Origin: Octopus bimaculoides
Taxonomy: Eukaryota
DNA: 64,000 nucleotides
NCBI RefSeq assembly: GCF_001194135.2
Contig: NC_069007.1
Location: 1,994,211-2,058,210, forward strand
Direction of reading: 5' to 3'
In this document: positions 51,744 to 64,000 of the stretch, piece by piece
Layout of the letters: every line of letters starts with the position of its first letter
Position numbering within the stretch: the stretch's first letter is position 1
Position numbers and translations under genes: made by a program
Notes under the pieces: generated by a model
What the model saw: only the letters and a program-made list of their open reading frames with translations
What the model was told of the DNA's origin: nothing
Database searches by the model: none

Positions 51744-52946
51744 CTATATAATGATAATAATTATCAGCTTAAATTTTATAAGCGATCACCGTGTATTGAC
51801 GATAGAAAATAGACTGAAATTGGAGCATTTAACCCCTCCACGCAAAAAAACGGATTTTCCATATATTTATGTGTGTGTGCGCGCGCGCTTGCATGTGTGT
51901 GTGTATGTGTATGTATGTAATATGTTTGCATGTGTGTGTGTGTGTATACATATATATATATATACATATATGTGTGTGTGTATGTATGTATTCATCTATG
52001 TATGTATATATGTACGTACTTATGTATGCATACTTCTATACATGTATATATGTATGTATGTATGTATGTAGAAACTTATTTGATAATAGCATTTCTAGTT
52101 GCACTATGTTGAATTAAACAGCTGGTTAGTCAATGCAGCAGCACATTTCGTTGTAAGTATATTAAATCAGGCCCAACGACCTCGCGCTAATAAGAATATC
52201 GGCACCAGCGTATTCAAGATTCATCCAATCTTCGTTTAAGTGTTTCGCTTATTACCAGACGTGTTGCATACCCCCAAAAGACTGCTTGTTAAATATTTTG
52301 ACACCGTGGGAAATGTAAATATGCTTTTCACAGTATTAGTTGTAATATTATACTATTTTCATTTTTCTTTTAATTTTTCTAGGATATTTTCTTCAAGATT
52401 GAAACTAATAAAATATTTCTCGAAAAGAGGTTCAAGCCTTTAGATACGTCATATTCATTATGAGAATATTTTTGAAAAAAGTATAAATAAGATAAAAAAA
52501 AGGCTGAACGAATTACTTCAACAAGTAAATGTAATAAACATATATAACAATAAGAGATATACCTTAATCTCATGCAAAAAAAAACAAAACAACGGTACAG
52601 GATGAAGCCAAACAAGACGAAATATTCTAATGATGAAAAAAGAAAAAAGAAACAAGGAGAAAAGTTTTGATATTGTGTCGACGTATGTTCAATATCACAC
52701 AGAACAGACGTATCGCTGCAACCATACAAACATAGGCATACGCATACATGCATCTCTCTATGTGTATATATATATATATATATATATACATACATGTCTG
52801 TGTTTCTGCGTGTGTGTCTGTCTGTCTGTCTGTGTATACGAGTCTACGTAGGTTTGTAAGTATTATATACATAGATATATACATATATTTATGTATTATT
52901 ATTATTATTATTATTATATATTTGCAGATATATGTGTGTGTGTGTG

Positions 52947-52989
<43 letters not shown>

Positions 52990-53600
52990 NNNNNNNNNNN
53001 NNNNNNNNNNNNNNNNNNNNNNNNNNNNNNNNNNNNNNNNNNNNNNNNNNNNNNNNNNNNNNNNNNNNNNNNNNNNNNNNNNNNNNNNNNNNNNNNNNNN
53101 NNNNNNNNNNNNNNNNNNNNNNNNNNNNNNNNNNNNNNNNNNNNNNNNNNNNNNNNNNNNNNNNNNNNNNNNNNNNNNNNNNNNNNNNNNNNNNNNNNNN
53201 NNNNNNNNNNNNNNNNNNNNNNNNNNNNNNNNNNNNNNNNNNNNNNNNNNNNNNNNNNNNNNNNNNNNNNNNNNNNNNNNNNNNNNNNNNNNNNNNNNNN
53301 NNNNNNNNNNNNNNNNNNNNNNNNNNNNNNNNNNNNNNNNNNNNNNNNNNNNNNNNNNNNNNNNNNNNNNNNNNNNNNNNNNNNNNNNNNNNNNNNNNNN
53401 NNNNNNNNNNNNNNNNNNNNNNNNNNNNNNNNNNNNNNNNNNNNNNNNNNNNNNNNNNNNNNNNNNNNNNNNNNNNNNNNNNNNNNNNNNNNNNNNNNNN
53501 NNNNNNNNNNNNNNNNNNNNNNNNNNNNNNNNNNNNNNNNNNNNNNNNNNNNNNNNNNNNNNNNNNNNNNNNTATATATAAATATATATATATATATATA

Positions 53601-53640
<40 letters not shown>

Positions 53641-54044
53641 TACTTCCTTGTGTGTGTCTCTATGTGTTCATTAGTTTGTATCTGTGCGGTTTTAAATCAT
53701 ATGCACGTATGCACGATATATTCAATTGATATACACTCATATGCTCATGTGTGTCTATGCGTATACGTCTATATGTGTGTCATCGTTACTGAATACAAAC
53801 ATAAAAACACGTACCAAACTCACAAACATATTGTATTACTCTATTCTATCATTATTTTTTCTTTTTCCACTACATACGTTCTTTAGTCTATTTAATTTTT
53901 GTGTCGGTTGTTGCTTGGCTTCGAGGATCTCAGAATTAACATTTTCATTATATTAATCAGTAACTAGTTCTCTCTTTGATGAATATAGATTTAAGTTTGA
54001 GTTTTACCCGTGCAATATATTATTCTCATCGATATACATGTTGC

Positions 54045-55410
54045 AGTAGTGCCTTTCATCCTTTTAATGTCGATAAAATAAGTACCAGTTGCGTAAAGGG
54101 GCCGATCTAATCGACTGGCCCCCTCCCCCAAAATTTCAGGCCTTGTCCCTAGAGTAGAAAAGATTATTATTGTAGTAAGGCGGGGAGCTGGTAGAATCAT
54201 TACCACGCTTGACAAAATGCTTCGCCGTATTTCGCCCGTCGCAAAACATCTGGGTTCAATTTCTGCCGAGGTCGACTTTGCCTTTCATCGTTTCGGTGTC
54301 GATAAATTAAGTACCACTGAAACTCTGAGGGGTTGACTACCTCCTCTCCCAAATTTCAGGCCTTATGCCTACAGTAGGAAGAATTATTATTGTAGTAGTA
54401 GTAACAGCAGCAATAGTAGCAGTAGTCGAAATTGTTCCTGCTGTTGTCGTGGTATGAGGGTCGGCTGAAATATTTATAGGATGACCAAGATACTGTCATC
54501 GTATGTGATGAAATGAGGTTCATTGTTCCTCATAGTACCCGCCGGCTGTCCACACACTTCTGCCATCGATGTTGCAGTAAAACAACTTTACTAGACGTCA
54601 ACTACTTGATTGCATCGACCATAATAATTGATTGGTTGTTTTTATCGAGGTCGGTGGTATGAAAGACAAAGATGACGCCGGCAGGATTTGAAATCTGAAT
54701 CTAATGATTCGAAAATAACATCGATCACACTTTTGACTGGTGTTCAAATGATCTTTCTACTTTACCACCTTAGTAATAAGAAGAAGTCGTTCCCATGATA
54801 GACACAAGACATGGAATTTGGGGGAAGGCGGTAGTTGATTAGATCCAACCAGACCTTAACTAATCCTTATTTTATCGACACAGAATGAATAAATGGTAAA
54901 GGAGACCTCGACAGAATTTCAGCTCAGAACGTATAGTCCTGCAAGAAATGCTGTTAAGCACTTGTCTGTCATACTATTGATTCTAGCCCATTCACCACTC
55001 ACTATAATTGTTTTAAATTTTGGTGCAACGCGAGCAATTCTATTTTGTCGAGATCGAAATTTTGAAAGGCAAAGTAGACTTCGTTGGAATTCGAACTAGC
55101 AACAGAAAGAAAAGGAAGAAATGCTGCTAAATATTTTCTTCGACATGCTAATGATTCTGCCCCACTGTCAACCCAAGTAATCTAAATATTGGTTTCAAAT
55201 TTGGATGAGGGCAGCTTTTTTTTTTTTTTTTTCTAGGAGGGGTACTATGTCGACTACATCGACCGCGGTGTTCAACTGATACATATGATATAGACCCCGA
55301 AAGGATGAAAAGCGAAGTCGGCCCAGGCGGAATTTGAGCTCAGAACGTCAAGACAGACGCTAAGCATTTTGCCTGGCGTACAATCGATTCTGCTAGCTCG
55401 CCGTCTTCCA
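54045..55410. mobile_element. Cluster of at least six SINE family C copies in both orientations
   Basis: Plus copies at about 54045-54165 and 54179-54383. Degenerate minus copies at about 54620-54760, 54790-55000, 55010-55170 and 55195-55410. Confidence 0.75.
54453..54590 (+). mobile_element. Probable terminal fragment of a mariner-type DNA transposon
   Basis: TA followed by TGAGGGTCGGCTGAAA...ATAGGATGACCAAGATAC, resembling mariner TA|YGAGGG termini. No partner TIR seen. Confidence 0.45.
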
Positions 55411-57989
55411 TCAACCTAGATATTATTAATAATATCTGCAATCATTATAACAACACTATCAACGACGTCGATAATACGTTGACTAAAATGATGAGGAGGG
55501 TAATGAGGATGCTTCATTTATTAATCTCAGAGACTGAAAGAAATCTAACTTAATACAGAAGACGCAATAGAAAGAGGTTGATGGATTGTAGCAGATCGTT
55601 AAAATAAAATGAAAATACAAACTGACATGAAAATTCCAGCAAACGAATTATTTCTTAAGTGGGTTAGCTATTTTTGTTGAATTAAAAAATCTGCACTAAT
55701 CCACGATGCCCATGACTATCAAGGGTTATTGACCTCTCTCATATTTTCGTGCCTGACTTATAGGTGTAGGCGCAGATTAAGCCTACTACCATGCACCATA
55801 TTTAGTACTTTCAGCCCATTTTGAAAGGATTGACTTTTAGCTAGGCAACACCTGTCTCTCAACAGAAATGGAGTTAGAAAAATATATTTATTGCGATGCT
55901 AATTGCAATAAATTCCTCGATATTTTTTGATACCTCCTCTATATACACAGAAATACACTTGGTTTTGTAAGTAAATACCTAACTGCCAGTCTGGTTAAGC
56001 TTATACTTTCAAAAAGGAAACCAACCACCTGATTCGCACACAACAAATACAATCTGTAAGCGAAACAAGAAAACTATGCAAGAATATTTTCGTGTTTAAA
56101 ACGTGACATAGTTTTCGATATCTACATTTCAAAGATGGAGCTTTGTATGTTTGTCAGAGACCAGATCCTTCAGAGAAAGCATCTGAATAATCAAAAACAG
56201 AAAAGAACATGTGTGTATGTGTGTATGTATGTGTGCCTATCTGTAATTTCTCTCTGACTCCTAGTGTACGGTGAGAGAATGGTCCAATTTCAACTGGTAT
56301 AAAGCAACCCTTCCCATCATATTCATAACGAAAAACGTCTTTATTCTATGCTTTATACATGATTTGAACAGCCTAAAGAAATTGTGCAGCGAAACATGCT
56401 TTGATTGTTTTCAAAAACGGCAGCACAGCACCCTGCTGTATGTTAACATTCACCTAAAAACACAAAACACTCGATAACATTTTCGATGACAAAAATGCTA
56501 ATAACGTGGAAATAATTGACATAACAATGCTAAATGATTATAAAGTCAAACAAAAATGTGCTGAAAGTAGAGAAATTACGGTAATTTGGAAATTATCTTG
56601 CAAACTGTTGTGTCCGTTATCCCGTTCCTAATTTCATACCAGGGAACGCTATACAAGCGTTGCTTTCTGTAAAGGCATTGATAGCTTGCCTTTATAATAA
56701 TTATATACAATAGTTACATTGCGGTAAATATGAATACTAAATTATGTTAGAGCGTTACATTGCATTTAACCTTCAATGATTCTATGCACACATAAAAAGA
56801 TAAAACAGCATTTGTGCGATGCATGGAATACCTCAAAAAGGATACACCATGATTTGTCTCTAAATAATACATTCATAAACAAAACAAACATACATATTTA
56901 TATATATACTTATATATATGTACGTATATATATATGTGTGTGTGTATGTATACATGTGCGTGTATATATATGTATGTGCGTGTATATGTGTATATATATA
57001 CATGTATGTGTGTGTGTGTGTGTGTATACGTATATATTTACGTGTGTGTGTGTATATATATATATATCAATATATATATAAGAAATATATGGGATGATGA
57101 TGTTAATATTTCCATTTTTGACTATAGTAGTAGTAGTGGTAGTAGTAGTAGTAATGATTTAGTAATACGAGACAAAAGAGAGGAAATTACGAGCAACGCT
57201 GATAGAGTGTGCTAAAATGGTAAGACGTCACAAAAATAATATAAAACAAGAGATGCCTGGACAGAAGGGAAAAAAGATACAATGGTAGAGAAGTGGGAAA
57301 TGTCCAATCAAAGCAGATGAAAAGGTTGTTATGAGCAGCCAGGGGCTGTTATTGCAAATGAGAGTTATTAGGTTCTTTGAAATTTCCTTCTGTAAATTGT
57401 CCATGTGATGAAGTTATGGATACCAGATATGATGATCAAAGATTGTAAGATGAGAAATACGAGAGATCATAGAATTTCCTTTACTTTATGATAACGGGGT
57501 CGAAAAATAAATAAAGGTTCATGATTGGACTATCTATTAAGGTTTTGGCTAGAGAAGCGCCAAAACTATAAGACACGCCAATTAAGTTCCAAGATGGAGT
57601 TATAAGGTAAGTGTGAAAACCGACAGAAGTATTGTTCAAAAGAATGACTGACATACATATTTAGGTGAATGTGAGGAAATAATTATCAGCCTACATTCTG
57701 TGAGAAAGTTCATACTATATCTGTCAGCTGATATCACTGAATCTTCTTAATCTTATAAAAATATAAATCATTAGTAATAACAATAATAAGAAGAAGCTTA
57801 TATAGGACTGAGGTAATTACTCCTGCATAAGTTATACAGAAATAAAAAGTACAATAGTGATAACTACTGCACTCTTCTAATCTTTATTTCTGTATAACCT
57901 CAGTCCTATATAATCTTAACAAAAAAGTGAAGTAGGCTGACATGTAATTTTTTTAATCTGTGGAAGGCACGCTAGATGCCGGAATATAC

Positions 57990-58375
57990 TTCAACCAATT
58001 TCTGGGGTCGATAAAATTAGTACCAGTCGAGCACGGGTCTTGATATAACCGACTTACTTCCTCCCCCCACAATTACAGATTTTGTACCGACTTACTCCCT
58101 CCCCTGCAATTACAGATTTTGTGCCAAATTTTGAAATCCATATGATATACCATACAAGACGGAAAGCTGGCGGAATTGTTACCGCACCGGGGAAAATACT
58201 AAGCGTTATTAAGCCTGTCCTTACTTCCAGAGTTCAAATTGCGCAAATGTTGATTTTTGCCTTTCACCCTTTCGGAGTTGATAAAATAAGTACTAGTTGA
58301 GTGCTGGGGTCGATATAATCGACTTAACCCCTGCTCTAAAATTCTTGGCTTTGTACCAAAATTTGAAACTGATAT
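57990..58375 (+). mobile_element. Two adjacent SINE family C copies, the first with a 37-38-bp internal duplication
   Basis: GGGGTCGATAAAATTAGTACCAG; duplicated ACCGACTTACT...CAATTACAGATTTTGT; second copy GAGTTCAAATT...GCCTTTCACCCTTTCGG. Confidence 0.75.
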
Positions 58376-61369
58376 TACGTACCATACGCTCCCCCAAAAT
58401 ATCAAACCTTATGTTCCGCTTATGCTTAAAATATCTATATCTGAGGATATATCTTAATTTGTGAACTCTATTAAATCTTTACCATCGTGTTACCAATCTA
58501 TTGTAGTGTTCTTTGGAATCGAGTAATTAATCATTTAAATAGGAATCGAAACCGCATCGTTAAATTTGAAATCTATCAGATATTATATTATTGTTCACGG
58601 GTCTTGTAACGATGATTCTGATAAGAAAATCATTTTAACGAACGGTAGTCTATTTTGATTACTGTTGTTTATTGTTCTTGTTGTTGTGGTTTTTGTTTAT
58701 ATTTATGTTCTTGAAACAAGGAAGGAAAATTTTAATTATTTTTCGCCAATTGATTGCAGATAGCCAAAGCACATTAATAAATTCTAGATCAACTATTTAT
58801 ATTATGAATGACTAAAACTTGCTTTTTTAAAAAAATTTAATAAACCTACAAACCTATGCACACTACGAAACAATGTGTGTGTGCGTGTTTGTGTGTATAT
58901 GTGTTTATATGACTGTGTTACTGTTTTGGCATAATTGTATTTGTTTGTGTGTGTCTATATGTGTGCTTGTGTGTAAGAAAACGTCGCTTTCTTCGAGACA
59001 TTTATTAGTAACAACAAGGTTAATGTTATTTCCTACTCTTTTTAAACACGAAAGAAAGTGATTGAAGTCACCAAGTAGTGGAAAAGAAGCAGTACCTTTT
59101 TCGAAAAGTCTGATAACAGACATGACCTTCTAGCAACATAATGTCCATTAGTCTTTTTCAAAAGCAAACACAATTCCTTAAATTGCTTGATAAAAATCTT
59201 GTAGAGAGTTTAATGTTTCCTTTCTATAAATAACTACCAACTCTTGGTGCGATAACCTCTAGCTGTTCAACATAGCTTCCTATACTTTATCTTATCGCAT
59301 ATTTTGTAGGAAAATCTGAGAAGAAACACAAAACTTAGTGAAATTATATCATCTACAACTACAATAATTTCATTGAAATCCATCAAACAGATTAAATGTC
59401 TATAAGATAATTAATGGCGGAGAGAACAAAACCATTTCCGATTATTCACTACTAATCTTAATCTTATGATGTCTCGTTCTAACCTCGTCTTTTGAACTAT
59501 TTACCAGCTAATATCATACTAGACGTTCTCAGGTAGGCACGGCGTGACGCGTTGCGATAGTGTACGATCACATCCGCCGTCGTATGCAATAATACCGGAC
59601 ATTGACAATCGTCTTACGTTAATATGTCACATATTCACAATGACTATATGGTACGATGTCCTATAATCACAACCGTGATACATTGAAATAAATACAATCA
59701 TTGCTATGATATATTTGATGCTATGTAAAAGTGGTGACAATTCTCGCTTTGCTGTTCAGTCGTAGCTCTGACATGATGTGTTGCCTTGCGATCGCAGCTT
59801 AACAGGTCAATGGTATGTCACTTCATTGAATAGCACACTAAAGAAGATTTCATGTTAGTTCTCTAACAAGCAGATATATATATATATATATATATANNNN
59901 NNNNNNAATTAACTTTCCTTAACTCAAGTCTGTAAACCCCAAACTCGTCTATGCAGCCCCTTGGTCTACGCGGTTTTGGCCCCTTCGTCGACACAATTTT
60001 GGACCGTTCGTCCACGCAGATTTGGCAGGTATCGACAAAAGATTTGCGACCCTCCTTACCAAAGTGAGAGAGAGAGAGAAAGATAGGGGAGAGATGTATG
60101 GATGTTATAAATAGAAACACATATGCATACCTACGCTTCTACGTTTACTCGAATGTGTAATGCATTTATTCCATTCTAGATTATAGAGCTTCTAGAGCTC
60201 TTCTGTCTGTTTTCGCAATTCCATTAATGGCTTGTAACGCTAAAGGCTTTCTACTTATAACCTTCAGAACAATGCTGTTCGTTCTTTTCAACTATCTAGA
60301 ACATTCCTGATGATTTTGGCCATGAAACCAGGCAGACGTTTTGCAACGCTTCCTATTTCTTTATATTCTTCTTCATGCCGCCATCATTACTCGCCACTAC
60401 ACTCAGTACCTCTCATCGTCCACAGCCAGAGTATGTAGTATTTAAGAGAATTGTACAAGTCTACTTTCTCGCTAATATTATCCTTTCTGTTGTTATTGTT
60501 GCCGTTTACTGCTGCTTTGATAAATTGTCGCAAAGAACTCGACGGCATTCTTGTTGTACGTTCCTATCCCACTGTTTTCCACGTTGTATTTAATCTTTCC
60601 AGGTTCGCCGGACGTTGATGGGTCAGTAGAGCCGACAATAATTTCATTGAAACTGTGGACGTGTAACTTTCTTTGCGATAGCATAAACGATTGAAGCCTG
60701 TAGAAGGAATCTTCAACAAAGTTATACATTGCAATTACTTGCATTTCTATGATATACGTTCAAATCTCGTTCATTTCCGCATTACATTTCATAACTATAG
60801 GTGCCGATAAAACAATTAGCAGTCAAATACAACTAATTCTTTCTTTCACTCTTTCTTTCTATCTTCTATAAGTTATGGAACCGTAGTAATGCTAAAAATC
60901 GTTATTATATTTTATGATAGTCGACGCCAAATCCTAAGAAGTAGTTGAAGAGAATGATATGAATTGAGTAGCAGAGTTCGTGCGAAAACACTTAGATATC
61001 GTGTTAACTTTCCGAAGACATTAAAGTAAATGTGATAATATATAAAGGCGAGATTATTAATAATGCTAAAATGGTGAGAGCCTAGAAGTAATCTTTAATT
61101 ATATTGACAATACAAGAAGAGTTTCGCGTTGATAAAATGTGGCATTCGATAGATAGATTCATTAAGATGTCCTATTGCTGGGAGGTACAGAGAAGAGAAA
61201 TATGCTTTACGCTGAATATATTCAAATACCCAGCATCGGTTATTGTCATGGATACCATAGGTTTAATAACACCAACATCAGGCAAGTCAATACAGGCTTA
61301 TTTATTGAAAATAAAGAAACAAAAATAACACGGACAATATGTTTAGCTCTATTTCTACGGGAGCTTTAA

Positions 61370-61560
61370 GTTCTGGGTTCACAGCAGTCCAATTTGATTT
61401 CATCTTTTCGGTGGGGGTCGATAAATTAAATATCGGATGAGTACGAAGTTCAATGTAATCGATTTCTTCCTACTTAAAGAATTCCAGGCTTATCGAATGT
61501 CGATAAAATTGGTATCAGTTGAGCACCAGGGTAGATGTAATCGCCTAACTCACACCCTCC
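61370..61560 (+). mobile_element. Degenerate SINE family C sequence
   Basis: GGGTTCACAG...TTTCATCTTTTCGGTGGGGGTCGATAAATTAAATA; GTCGATAAAATTGGTATCAGTTGAGCACCAGGG. Confidence 0.6.
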
Positions 61561-62159
61561 AAATCATGCAATGTTTTTTGTTTCTTTTTAAATAAACGGA
61601 TGATAAAAGGTTTCATGTTTTATAAAATAATTAAATAAGCGAGTCTTCTTTGAAACTAAGCATTTAGAAATAAAATGTGAGGAGGTCGTTTAAAACGAAA
61701 TTTCTTGCGACAAATTTTCCTACAGTAAAAATGTTTCCAATAACACTTGTGTGTGTAATAGAAATAAATAACAACAAAAATGATAATTTAATAAGAAACA
61801 CAACAAAATCGTTGCGCCGCTTTGCATTTTTCGCTTAATACAAGCACCACCAATGTCAAACTTAGCGTTCACCTTTCTGAGAGCGACAGAACAAACATAA
61901 GTCAACTGAAGTTTATTTAATTATCTGATGCTGGTGTTTGTTTTGGGGGTTTGTTGTACATACGGAAAATAAACTATTGTAGAGGAAGTAATCTCAAAAT
62001 ATTTCTCATAACCTTATACAGGGTTTTTTAAAAAAATGCAAGGACCATTCTGAAAGAATGTGGCATAGTGTGCTGTTATATGCTGGTCTTATTCATGCAA
62101 GTGTCAACGCTTCGGAAATCATGCATTAACAGCCAAATTCTATTCATAGCGTCTTCTAT

Positions 62160-62347
62160 CCTGTCTTTGTTTTAGTCAGTGGATTGCGGCCATGCTGGAG
62201 TAATGTTTTAAAGGGTTTACTCGAACTAATAGACCATACACCTGTACTCGTATGTTACCTACTCTATCTAACTCGGTTGTAAAATCTCCAACTGATGGGG
62301 AAGTAAACAGACTAGCACCGGCCGTTATGCGTTGGTTTGGGACAAAC

Positions 62348-62350
<3 letters not shown>
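62160..62350 (-). mobile_element. SINE family B, 3' fragment running into its internal microsatellite
   Basis: TTGCGGCCATGCTGGAG...GGGGAAGTAAACAGACTAGCACCGG...GGGACAAAC(AT)n(GT)n is the reverse complement of the 3' half of 15802-16206. Confidence 0.7.
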
Positions 62351-62418
<68 letters not shown>

Positions 62419-62598
62419 TTGTCCCTACCTTCGAAACGCTGAGTAGATGAAACCAGAGGAAAACTGATGAAGGGGATGTTCTTTATGTTGCCTGTCTCGT
62501 TTCTCTGTTTCGTTCGTTGTTCGAAAAATAGTTCGTTTTCTATATTTTTGTTTTTATGTTCTTGTCTGTCATTTTGTTCACTTTTTTATGTTTTGTAC

Positions 62599-62637
<39 letters not shown>

Positions 62638-63921
62638 CATGTACATATATGTATATATATATATGCATATATTTATATATTATATTATTTTACTGAAATG
62701 GAGTCTCACACACACACACACACGTACGCGCACGCAAATATATTTCCGTGCGTGCACGTGTGTGTGCGTGTGTGTGTGTGTGTGACTATTTCAGTTTCCC
62801 ATTGTCTGATTGTCTCTATCTCTCATTTGCTCTTGTTTTCCCTTGCCGCTCACCTACCTCACACACCTTTCCTATCTCTTTCATATCAAGATTTCCATAC
62901 TTGTCTATCTCAACCTCCCTCACTCACTCACTCCCTTCTCTTTCTCTCTCTCTCCTATTCATATTCCTGGCCCTCATATATGTGTGTATGCATGTGTGTG
63001 TATGTATATACATATATTTCTATATCTCTGTCAATTTATTAAAATTCTCTCGATGTTGTTTCATTATTGTTATAATAAATTGTATAATAAACATCGTTTC
63101 TTTGTTTTCCATTTCTCCATTGTTTAATTAACTTCTTAAAATACAGAACTACTCTCAGACTGATAATACTGATAAAATATTGATAGAATTTAAAAGAATA
63201 TTAACACACTGCCACCGGAAGCATTGTTTCAATGATCGTCTTTGACTTCCAAAGAACACTGAAATCATATTCAAAGATTTCAAAATAAGTCGTGGACGGT
63301 TTAATACAATCTTGTTAGACCAAACGCGATACTCACCAATTATATTACAAGATATTTAATGGGAGTCTAGAAATAATCCATCATAAAACTAGATTACGAA
63401 AGCAAACTATGGTCTCGAGAAAAAAAATAAATAAGAGACTTCTCATAAAGAAAAAAAATAATGAAATTTAGTTTAAATATTAATAAAAGAAAATGTATTA
63501 ATTATTCATTCATGAATTGTTTTTGAATTTTTTTTTAATAAAATGTTTTCTAATAACTTGGAAAGTGCTTTAATCTATAGTTGTAAGGATTCCTTATATC
63601 TTCTCTGAAGATAATATAATGTAGAATACAGATGATTTCGATTGCAAAGATCTAATGCAGGTCAGAAAGCCGAGGGCCCTTAAACACGAGGGTCACGAGG
63701 GTATTTTTTGTTATAGAGTGGAAGACATGAATTCTGTTTTGAGTAAAGACCTGCCCCAGGAGGATACATTAAGTGGTTTACGTAACACCAAGACAATATA
63801 TTTGATATATGTACAAAACAGAACAAAGTTATAGTGAGACGCTACCAATTAATACTTCGGCTTAGTAGTTATAGAAATGAAATTATTCGTCTGCACAGGT
63901 ACTTCCTGTATTCAGAAAAAA

Positions 63922-64000
<79 letters not shown>

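Noticed and set aside
60332-60744. Several open frames and splice-like signals on both strands
   Set aside because: Frames are open because of composition. I could not build a phase-consistent multi-exon model or recognise a protein.

Overview
AT-rich, microsatellite-dense eukaryotic DNA with 13 N-gaps (about 5-6 kb), most abutting (TA)n tracts. The SINE families and repeat style suggest an octopus/cephalopod draft assembly (inference). I cannot recognise any intact host protein-coding gene, rRNA, true tRNA or CRISPR array; nearly all ORFs in the track are microsatellite or gap artefacts. The window is a transposon graveyard. It holds several tRNA-derived SINE families, including a dimeric SINE flanked by a single TSD at two loci. 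It also holds fossils of R4/Dong-like and Hero-like RLE retrotransposons, a CR1/L2-type LINE, a Tc1/mariner transposase, and a foldback-like TIR element carrying TTAGGG repeats. The most interesting signals are three minimal hammerhead-ribozyme-like motifs in a Penelope-like repeat family (two with an atypical CUGUUGA core), the dimeric SINE, and a 60-bp perfect spacerless palindrome. Family names come from motifs read by eye, not from database searches.
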